A model generated the notes under the pieces. It saw only the letters and a list, made by a program, of their open reading frames with translations, ran no database searches and was not told the DNA's origin. A DNA stretch of 46,826 bases from Macrostomum lignano (taxonomy: Eukaryota), in NCBI GenBank assembly GCA_002269645.1, contig NIVC01004411.1:1-46826 (forward strand), written 5' to 3'. Positions 12,182 to 27,130 of the stretch are shown here, one piece after another (position 1 is the first letter of the stretch; every line of letters begins with the position of its first letter). Both the position numbers and the translations under genes were made by a program.

Positions 12182-12406
12182 TAAAGAATAAACCAATAAT
12201 TGATTTTGGCTGACGATAAAGAAAACGAAGTTAGGGCGGTCGCAGCCCAGAATTCAGCTTTTATATTTTCTAACTTAAACATAGGTGAAAATTTTGGGGG
12301 TTTGGCGGAGATATATTATTTGAGTACATCGTGCGTACAGTGTAAATAGAGAAAATACCATATGGATGAAATAGGCGGTTAGCCTAGGCCAACTCATTTT
12401 TCGACA
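12182..12406 (-). repeat. 5' LTR (225 bp, TG...TA)
   Basis: Direct repeat of 4403-4618; contains TATAAAA on the minus strand at about 12265-12259. Confidence 0.93.
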
Positions 12407-12410
12407 GAGT

Positions 12411-12416
12411 TTTATT
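12411..12416 (-). terminator. AATAAA polyadenylation signal of the FReD gene
   Basis: 65 nt after the stop codon and 4 nt before the LTR. Confidence 0.6.
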
Positions 12417-12481
12417 GAATGCTGCTAAGGTTGGCTGTTGACCAAAAGAATTCGCAAATTGTTTAAGATTTTTAATCAGTT

Positions 12482-13474
12482 TCACAGTACCATCATCTCG
12501 AACTCCTTCAGCGAGTAGTAGTACCCATATTTTAAGTTCCAGATGGTGCCCTGTGCGTACATACCACCGATAGCCTCAGAGAAGTTTTTGTAAACTCCAT
12601 TGGGGTGCGTACTGTGGCAGGCGAAAAACCACCAGGCACCGGAATATACCTTGGCACAGTTGCTTTCCAGGTGGGCATCGTGATCAACGTCTTTCGTGCT
12701 GAACTGCCGGCCGCTGCTGTAGGACAGTGAGTCGCCGATGCCAGCGCTGCCGGAGAAGCCGGACACGCTCAGCCGGTAGTTGTCCGACTCGGGACCCACT
12801 GAGAAGCTGGAGTACTCAGCCCAGCTAATCGAGTCGTTCCAGTCCTTCATCAGGATCCTCAGCTTCCGTGCGCCAGATGACGTCAGAGTATGGAGAGAGT
12901 TCAGGCCTGGGAAGTTGAAAAGTTGAACATAGTTCCAATTATCCAAATTTAATTACAGAATATTAAAAAGCTTTCAACCCCACCGATCCAGTAGTTTCCA
13001 TCGGGTCCCTCGCCGAACTCGCTCTGGTACTGAGTCCAGTTGCGGTAAAAGTCCACTGAGCCGGACACCCTGTGCTGCACGGTGGTCCAGCAGTCACTGC
13101 CGGCTGTCTGCAATGTAAAAAGTTTTTTGCTAAAGTGTCAATTCAGACTATGTTAATGCGAATGCTGCTGACACAGGACTCACCCACACTTGATGATCTC
13201 CTTTGTTCACATCCCGGCACTTCCTGCAGTGGCTCAGGTCCAGGCGACACCTGAAGTGAGCGCACAGGCCGGAGCTGGCGTTGAACGCCACCAGCTGCAC
13301 AGCGGATTCGCTGCTTGCCACATTGAGGCATTCGACTTCCGAGCGCATGGAGCGCGAGCTCGCAACCTCATAGTCAGAGAGACCGTCGCGGCTGGTCCAA
13401 TAGGTTCGCTCGGGAGTGGCTAATTCAGCAAGTTGGAGTCCAACAATGAGCAGCAACAAGAGCTGAAGCATCAT
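12482..13474 (-). CDS. Secreted fibrinogen-related (FReD) protein with an N-terminal PAN/apple-like segment, 279 aa; exons 13474-13184, 13107-12984, 12906-12482
   Basis: Hydrophobic signal peptide [16 protein letters not shown]; [46 protein letters not shown]...GAWWFFACH. Two GT-AG introns (76 and 77 bp) with matching phases; 840 nt with no interruption. Confidence 0.92.
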
Positions 13475-13763
13475 TTTCTACAATTCATATTAAAAAATGA
13501 GAGCCACAGTTGCATTCCTACTGCTTATAGAAGCCGGATGAGACGAGAACGCGTGCGAGACTTCTGGTTTTGTCAGGAAAAATTACATAGGGGAAATTTT
13601 TATGGAAACTACCGAACTTAAGACAGGTGAAGTACATGTACACAGTGAAATAAAGGTAAAACACATACTCTAGGAAAATGTGGAAAAATCAGTCAAATGG
13701 TCGATACGATACCATGTGGAGGCTTTCCTACAAAGACACGCCTCATACAGACACGGGCCCGTT

Positions 13764-13861
13764 CTATAAAGCCATCGTAAGATAAGATCGTTCTTAGTTC
13801 CTATCTCCGTAGTGTAAAAGTTCCGACGTACGATCGAACTTACGCTACGACAGCTTTATAG
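13764..13861. repeat. Imperfect inverted repeat, possible MITE remnant
   Basis: CTATAAAGC..TCGT..GATCGT at 13764-13791 pairs with ACGATC..ACGA..GCTTTATAG at 13830-13861; no TSD seen. Confidence 0.35.
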
Positions 13862-15531
13862 TACGACTACGACCCCACGTTCTATGCAAGTAGTGGGGCT
13901 TTCCCGAAGATTTGGGCAATTCTACTTGATTAAAGTACAGCCCTTGTGTTTTTTAACTTCTCTGAATGAATTCGATTTATTCTGCACAAAGATTTGCAGG
14001 AATTTATCCATACGTCTTACCCAAGCCGTTGACATGAGCGAGTCACAGCGCCTCGAAATTTGGCAAGTTGAATCCGCCAATAAGCCAACAACAATTCACC
14101 AATAAACGGTGAAATATCTCTTCAAGCTGCTTGCTCAGAAGCAAAGCAGCACAGCTGTTCATGGCCTTTTATCACAGTCTCAATGGCATACAGACGGGAA
14201 AATCTCCCATGGGCCTGGCATCACTGTCATCTCGTTAGCTGCCAGTCATTGCAATATTGCAATTTGAGCTCGAGCAGTATTTCCCTTGTCAAACAGGTGT
14301 TCGGTGCCACGCTGTGTCGCGGAAATTGATGCTTAGGAGTTCGCAGGTGTTAAGTCAATTTGCTCACAGAATTTTAGTGATGCGTTGACAATTGACAATT
14401 CGTTGTCACGTGCTGCGACCGCTGATTCTTTGTATTGTTTTTCAGTTTGACGATCCTACAAACAATGCAAAAAATGTGCGAACAACGATAGTCAAATTGC
14501 TAAACAATGCAAAACAGCAAAGCATTGAAGGTTTTTAACGATTTTTTTCAATCCAGCAATGTTATTACATGTATACTACATAAGGAGTAGTTAACTCCAT
14601 AGATCTGTGTGAAAACGCATAGTCTATGGTTCAAATCGGGCGTAAAGAAACGCGTATTGCCTCCTCTAGCAACATGCCCCAGGGAGTTGACTATGGACTG
14701 TCTATGGAATACTGCTTATTCAGGTAGAGTGATGCAGCAGGGAGAATGCTTCAACAGATGACAGATCGGTGGGGTCGCCAACTGCATGCTGCAGCCGGAC
14801 GATAATGTACCGTTGCACTGGGCATACTACTCGTACTTTTTACATACAATATGCATTCTATACGAGTTGATTGAAATATCAGTGATACAAGACTGATGGT
14901 TGAATACCAACTTCTATTGTTAATTCCAAGATCTGCTGTTGCGGTCAATTGTTCCAACTGAAGTTTCAAAGTTGCTATTTGGAACTACGAGTATGCTGAT
15001 AGCACGCAATCTTTGACGCAACTCTGACGATAAAAGTTTCGCTGTCCAATTCCGGCTCGGAAGAAACACTAGAAAGATTTAATAATGCCCTGGCTTCTTG
15101 ACACGCAAATTTATTCAAAAACATCCAAGCTAAAACGAATATTCAGCTCGATGTTATTAGTTGTAGCTTAAATGCATTCCTTGTTTAATAAAAATTCAGA
15201 CCTGAACCGATGCCATTTTATTTTAAACGGTTGCTTCCGAGATTGAAGGGAAGAATATCCTGCTGTCCATCTGCAAGCTATTCAGCTCTTTTATCATTTT
15301 TCATTGAAACTGAATGAAACACAAACAACACTTTTTCGGCTTTCCATCAAAAAGTGAAAGAAGAATTCAAGCAGTGCAAAACGATGCTGTTTAGCAAACT
15401 GCTTTCTTGAAGTCGTTTTCAAAGAAACGCAGCGTCTCTTTTCTCCTACTATCAGTAGTCCTTACATCGTGCAGTCCAAATTTTAAGTAGCGCTAAAAAA
15501 ATAAGGAAATTCCACTGCTAAAGTCGCGCTA

Positions 15532-18500
15532 TTAGTTGCCATCCTTCCAGCGCGCAGTGAGGTACTCAGAGTAGTCCACGTAGCCGTCCTTGTCCAAATC
15601 ATGCTCGTCCATGACGTGGTCGATTTCTCCTAGAAAAATGGCAATAAAATTAGAACTACTTTCTGTTAGAATGTTTTTGAAACGTCCTTTTTGACTTGAA
15701 TTCAAGCTAGTTAGGAATTTGAATCACACTCCTTAAAAGCATGCGATGAAAAGTACATTAGTTGGCCGCTAAGTCGTGCATTCGGGTTTGAAAATTGGCC
15801 GAAGTGAACGAGTCCATTATGAAGGAATTTCTAAAGCCTAGCTAGTACAGTCTAAAATGCTTTCTTTTCACTGAAATCTTACAGCACCAATCCAGCAGAC
15901 CTTGATGCTTTTACAAATAATCAGTGGGTTGCAGGTGCACACGTAGCAACTTGTTGGCAAGAGCAGGCTGCAAATGTACAGACACGTGGAATCAATGCGC
16001 ACTTACTCTCCATTGAGGCGTGCTTCTCATTCACAAGTTTTTCTTTTTTCTCAGCAATCTGCTTTGGCGTCAGGGTTCGTTCCTCCTCCGGCGTCAAATG
16101 GTTCACATCGATGTAGTCGTAATGAGTCATGGCCTTCAGCATTTCCAGCCCATCAAGTTTGCCATTCTTGTCGAAGTCGTGAGACCTGAGGGTTGCGGGT
16201 TCAGGATGCCTGTAATTTGTAGCCTTCTGAATCTTTGTATTCGCTTTACGTAATAATTGACTGTTTTTATTGCATTATTGATAAGTCTGTTGTAGGATTC
16301 AGCTAATTTTGAAGCTTATACCCCAGTCGTTTCTTCTGGTCGTTTAAAATCGAACTTTATGATTCAGTTAAAAGCACAATGCTGGAAGCTTTGAACGTGA
16401 AACTGCAATTTCGTCTATTTTATTATGAGATCATTGCAAATAAAACTGTAAAGCATGATGCAACTCTCATAGTGCCCGAAATGTGCATGTGCCTTTAATT
16501 TTTGCTCTTTTGGTCCATGGCCCTGACTTGGCCTTAGTAACCAGAAATTCTGTGAGAGTTGCATCACGCTCTCAGGCACTATTTTTTAGTATCCCGAGAG
16601 CCGAAGGCTTTGTCTTCTATATAAGTCACTACAGGTGCCTATCAGCTAGACAGCTAGACAGCGCTCGAATCGGGTGACGTTTCAATCAGTAAAAGTACAA
16701 ATCAGAAACTGTAACCCGAGTATCCCGAGAGCCGAAGGCTTTGTCTTCTATATAAGTCACTACAGGTGCCTATCAGCTAGACAGCTAGACAGCGCTCGAA
16801 TCGGGTGACGTTTTAATCAGTAAAAGTACAAATCAGAAACTGTAACCCGAGTATCCCGAGAGCCGAAGGCTTTGTCTTCTATATAAGTCACTACAGGTGC
16901 CTATCAGCTAGACAGCTAGACAGCGCTCGAATCGGGTGACGTTTCAATCAGTAAAAGTACAAATCAGAAACTGTAACCCGAGTATCCCGAGAGCCGAAGG
17001 CTTTGTCTTCTATATAAGTCACTACAGGTGCCTATCAGCTAGACAGCTAGACAGCGCTCGAATCGGGTGACGTTTCAATCAGTAAAAGTACAAATCAGAA
17101 ACTGTAACCCGAGTATCCGAGAGCCGAAGGCTTTGTCTTCTATATAAGTCACTACAGGTGCCTATCAGCTAGACAGCTAGACAGCGCTCGAATCGGGTGA
17201 CGTTTTAATCAGTAAAAGTACAAATCAGAAACTGTAACCCATTCGCCCGTGTTTCACAGAAACGCTTTTCCATATAGAATTTCGAACAGAGCGTAGTGAG
17301 CGCAATTACTTTGATATGTGTCTAAAAATACTCTCTAGACAGGCGCGATTTTAAATTATTGCACAATAATTTTGCTCCCCGGCATTTGAGCCTCGGAGTG
17401 ATTCCTAGTCTTCTCGTGCCTGATTTTCATTGCGTTGTAAATGAAAATAAAGCCTACTTGTTTCGTGATCCGGGATTATTTATCCTTCCTGAAATTGACA
17501 GGAAATCGAACAACACCGCCAACTGTTCAATAGAAGCGCAGACTCAGCAAGAAAACTATAATTTATGAGTAAACTTCGCGGCTAGCTATTTCACTTCTTA
17601 CTTGTACTTTTACTCAGACAAACAAATAGCTTAGTAGCTCGGAATGAAAAGCATTAAACTAATTAACACAATTGATAATTCACTGAAAACTGCTTTCTGA
17701 GCTTTATAGAAAATTGCAGTCCTGAGCCGCAACTCCTGCCCAAATCCGTGTCCTGGCTTCATGGCAGACACAAAGGACTTTAAATGGATCGAAGTCCCTC
17801 GCTCAGCTGCGATCAATGCAATTCCCGCAGCCGCCTTCCCAACCCAGACCCACTCTAATTCCCTTATTGATTCGAACTATAACCCCCAGTCCAGGGGGAT
17901 TAATTCTCAGCTAGACTTTAGACTTTACGAGATGGCATTGAAAGTCAGTGCCGAAGTCACGAAATGCAGCGGACTTACTTGAATTCGTAGAACTCGATCT
18001 CAGACCGGCTCATCTCGCTGGGATCCTTCTTAATCCCGAAGTCCTCGCTGAGGTGAGACCTGATGTGGCTGGAAATGTTTTATTGTATTTCGGTTGCTGA
18101 GGCTTAGGGATCCTGGAACTCCGCTCCCTGAGGCTTAGGGATTTTGCGGATTAAAAATATGCCAAATGGCTGTTTCATTGAACCCCATTTTTGCATGAAC
18201 TTTTATGCTGCTTAAATAGTCTGCCATGGACAACTGGAGTCGAAGTATCACACTCGGTTTTCTAAGATATGAAATAAAGTCCAGTAAGGAACGAAGATTT
18301 GTCGTATCGCTGGTACACCTTTTCCCATGCAATATCAATCAAAGTCACATTCAATTCAATTCGATTCTCGGTTTAGGTGGCTTTTTATCACTTTGCTTGG
18401 CTTTGCAGTCTATGGCCCATGTGCATGGGAGAACGCAATGGTAGATTGTGCAAATGGTTTTAGAGGCAGACACGAGTGACTAAAATTAGTCATTGTCTCA

Positions 18501-20626
18501 TGAATGCATTTTTAATGGCCTTAAATAATGATTTCAAAGCGTTGAATAATGAGCGTACAGTATGGGACAATGAGCGTACAGTATGGGACAATGAGCGTAC
18601 AGTATGGGACAATGAGCGTACAGTATGGGACAATGAGCGTACAGTATGGGACAATGAGCGTACAGTATGGGACAATGAGCGTACAGTATGGGACAATGAG
18701 CGAACAGTATGGGACAATGAGCGTACAGTATGGGACAATGAGCGTACAGTATGGGACAATGAGCGTACAGTATGGGACAATGAGCGAACAGTATGGGACA
18801 ATGAGCGTACAGTATGGGACAATGAGCGAACAGTATGGGACAATGAGCGAACAGTATGGGACAATGAGCGTACAGTATGGGACAATGAGCGTACAGTATG
18901 GGACATGGAGCGTACAGCATGATACAATGAAGCCAACAATAACCTGCTACTGAAGTTCATCGGATTTCTTAAACAAAACTGTAGTGTAGTTCAGTGCGAT
19001 GTACGAGCGTACAATATTGGCGCGCAAATATTATTAGTCACGTGTTGCAATGTATTACGTAAGACTCACGCGCACTTACTCTTCACATATATAAATATAC
19101 TTGCAGGGCAAGTCGGCCCATTTCTAAGATTCTTCGTCCACTCGCAAACCCTCCGATTTTGTCTGAGTCACTACAAAAACGATTTCAACAATCTTACGTT
19201 TTTGCCCGACGAAGAACTTATCTAACGCATATGTTTTTCAAACGAATTTTAAATTGTATCCTAATTTTCTAATTTGAAAGCAAATGGCGCTTGTTATCTC
19301 ACAGACAAGAAAGTCACTCGCGAAAGTGTTTAAACTAAATTCAGTGTCCCTTTGGAGAATTTGAACGCAATTTTCTGTAACAGAATTTCCGCTTTTCTAA
19401 CAATAATTCTGGTTTGCTAAGATAAATAATTAACTGAGTAATTCCACGTTGATTGAGACACAAGATTGAGAAACTAAACTCAGACACAAGAGACTGAGAC
19501 ACAATGGACTCAGACACAAGGGACTGAGACACAATGGACTCAGACACAATGGACTGAGACACAATGGACTGAGACACAAGAGACTGAGACACAATGGACT
19601 CAGACACAAGAGACTGAGACACAATGGATTCAGACACAAGGGACTCAGACACAAGAGACTGAGACACAATGGACTCAGACACAAGAGACTGAGACACAAT
19701 GGACTCAGACACAAGGGACTCAGACACAAGAGACTGAGTCACAATGGACTCAGACACAAGAGACTGAGACACAATGGACTCAGACACAATGGACTCAGAC
19801 ACAGGAGACTGAGACACAATGGACTCAGACACAAGAGACTGAGACACAAGGGACTCAGACACAATGGACTCAGACACAAGGCACTGAGACACAATGGACT
19901 CAGACACAAGGGACTCAGACACAAGAGACTGAGACACAAGGGACTCAGACACAAGAGACTGAGTCACAATGGACTCAGACACAAGAGACTGAGACACAAT
20001 GGACTCAGACACAATGGACTCAGACACAGGAGACTGAGACACAATGGACTCAGACACAAGAGACTGAGACACAAGGGACTCAGACACAATGGACTCAGAC
20101 ACAAGGCACTGAGACACAATGGACTCAGACACAAGGGACTCAGACACAAGAGACTGAGACACAATGGACTCAGGCACAAGAGACTGAGACACAAGGGACT
20201 CAGACACAAGAGACTGAGACACAATGGACTCAGATACAATGGACTCAGACACAAGAGACTGAGACACAATGGACTCAGACACAATGGACTCAGACACAAG
20301 AGACTGAGACACAATGGACTCAGACACAATGGACTCAGACACAAGAGACTGAGACACAATGGACTCAGACACAAAGCACGTTGATTGAAATCGAAAGTGA
20401 AAAAGTATATTACTTGTGACATTATTAGTGACAGACTCGCTACACAATTTCATTTGACTCACTCGGCATTGGTCATGACTCGGTCATCGTGTATCCCGTG
20501 CGAGCCGTGCTGATGATGCCCAGCACTGGATGCTGAGCAAGTAGCGGTTAGCAACAAGGCGACTGCGGCCACATGCAGGACCAGCTTGGCAGCTCCGGAG
20601 GCCGCAGAAGGTTGGCAAGCCGTCAT
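15532..20626 (-). CDS. MCFD2: MCFD2-like two-EF-hand secretory-pathway protein, 176 aa; exons 20626-20463, 18068-17979, 16185-16007, 15629-15532
   Basis: Signal peptide, His-rich segment, DHIRSHL...EMSRSEIEFYEFKSHDFDKNGKLDGLEM (EF1) and IDHVMDEHDLDKDGYVDYSEY (EF2). All introns are GT-AG with consistent phases (2,2,1); 531 nt intact. Confidence 0.9.
16588..17240. repeat. 131-bp tandem repeat, 5 near-identical copies (MCFD2 intron 2)
   Basis: AGTATCC starts at 16588, 16719, 16850, 16981 and 17112. Confidence 0.96.
18548..18918. repeat. 21-bp minisatellite (AATGAGCGTACAGTATGGGAC), about 17.5 copies (MCFD2 intron 1)
   Basis: Read directly; T/A variant CGAACA. Confidence 0.97.
19457..20376. repeat. 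15-bp minisatellite (GACTGAGACACAATG family), about 61 copies
   Basis: Variants GACT(G/C)AGACACAA(TG/GA/GG); internal 225-bp (15-unit) duplication marked by GAGTCACA at about 19737 and 19962. Confidence 0.97.
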
Positions 20627-21278
20627 GCTTCTGAAGTGTGAAAAGAGATGCACGGCTCAGTGGATTTGTATGCCTGCATGATTTTATGCCTGACCAGCGG
20701 CTCGGACGCCCAAACGCGGGTCGGTCCGCACAGCACACGTGCTGTTTTCACACGCGCGCCTGTGTTGCAAGCGCATGTACAGCACTGGTAAATGCTAGAA
20801 CTTTGCTCAAATCAAAGACAAAACTTTGCTTGATACGAGCTACTTTGCAACGCATGAACCCCAGCAAAATGTAGCGCAGCAATTCGAATAGATATGGACA
20901 AGACTAATCAGCTCAATCATATCGAGTTTCATTGCTCCTTTCATCTTTTTTGTCCGATTCTTTTGCTTCACTTTTTGTCCAAATACATGTACAACCCTGC
21001 CAATCCCAGGTGGCCAGGCAAGCAGCAACATGCTGTGGCTCACATTTTCTTATCTCTGCCCTCTGCTCTGACCTGCAATCATCACTGGAAGTCTGCTGGC
21101 AATTCAGCGCCCGGCACGTGGCTCTTTGCATCAGAGAGGCCAATCCTGGGCATCCCGGATGGGCCAATCAAAGGTGGCGAGCTGCAGCTAAAGCTGCCTT
21201 GTCACCGCCAACCCGGTGGTGAACGCGGACACAGCAGGGACAGGAAAGGATCGAGAGAATCCCATTCAGCAATCTGCG

Positions 21279-26070
<4,792 letters not shown>

Positions 26071-26077
26071 GTGAGAT

Positions 26078-26712
26078 CACTGCTCAGGGTGAATGGGGAT
26101 CAGAGACCACTGCTCAGACTGAATGGGGATCGGAGACCACTGCTCAGGGTGTGTGGGGATCGGAGACCACTGCTCAGACTGAATGGGGATCGGAGACCAC
26201 TGCTCAGGGTGTGTGGGGATCGGAGACCACTGCTCAGACTGAATGGGGATCGGAGACCACTGCTCAGGGTGTGTGGGGATCGGAGACCACTGCTCAGACT
26301 GAATGGGGATCGGAGACCACTGCTCAGGGTGTGTGGGGATCGGAGACCACTGCTCAGACTGAATGGGGATCGGAGACCACTGCTCAGGGTGTGTGGGGAT
26401 CGGAGACCACTGCTCAGGGTGTGTGGGGATCGGAGACCACTGCTCAGAGTGAATGGGGATCGGAGACCTGCTCAGGGTGTGTGGGGATCGGAGACCACTG
26501 CTCAGACTGAATGGGGATCGGAGACCACTGCTCAAGGTGTGTGGGGATCGGAGACCACTGCTCAGAGTGAATGGGGATCGGAGACCTGCTCAGGGTGTGT
26601 GGGGATCGGAGACCACTGCTCAGACTGAATAGGGATTGGATACCACTGCTCAGACTGAATGGGGATCGGAGACCACTGCTCAGGGTGTGTGGGGATCGGA
26701 GACCACTGCTCA
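26078..26712. repeat. 30-bp minisatellite with alternating A/B monomers (60-bp dimer), about 21 copies
   Basis: GATCGGAGACCACTGCTCAG followed by ACTGAATGGG or GGTGTGTGGG; begins within 10 nt of the exon 2 donor. Confidence 0.96.
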
Positions 26713-27130
26713 GAACGCTGGAAAGGTAAAAAGAATGCCTGCCCTGAAGAGCTCCAACGCATCCACCGTGAAGCTTTCAAAAAAGGCTCACAGAACACTT
26801 CAGATTGTAGCTGAGTGAATTCGCTAACCTTCCCAGGCAATTCTGGCTAAAAACTTCCAAGAGTTTTCGAAACCATTGGTAGATGATGGATGCTGCACCG
26901 ACCCTCCAAACTGATCGACATTTTGAATTTTTTAGATTTTTTGAACGTAGTCTGAGTCTGAGTGATGCAGAGCAGCCTCAATCGGTTTGCACTTTACCGT
27001 AGAATGCTTCATCAAAATGTGAGGCTTGATTTTAAAGCGAGCTTTTTCGATCGTTTCAGAGAATTTGTTTTTTTCTGAGGCTTAAAAACGGAACAGGCAG
27101 AAGCAATTCTGACGGGCTGAACACGAAATG

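Larger units (their letters stand above)
4403..12406 (-). mobile_element. Full-length, decayed BEL/Pao LTR retrotransposon (8004 bp including a nested insertion)
   Basis: Two direct LTRs, TSD GAGTT (4398-4402 and 12407-12411), PBS and PPT. Domain order gag-protease-RT-RNaseH-integrase with BEL-type motifs; multiple frameshifts and a nonsense codon. Confidence 0.96.

Noticed and set aside
14596-14708. CCATAGA...TCTATGG inverted motif as a MITE
   Set aside because: Match is only about 8 bp and there is no TSD.
12482-20626. MCFD2-FReD operon or functional cluster
   Set aside because: The genes are co-oriented but about 2 kb apart, and nothing in the sequence supports polycistronic transcription or a cargo-receptor link.
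21216-21278. Longer globin N-terminus from the ORF track
   Set aside because: It starts at GTG; the first ATG at 21279 gives the MGC motif.
26712-27130. Search for globin exon 3
   Set aside because: No acceptor followed by a G/H-helix-like open frame was recognised.
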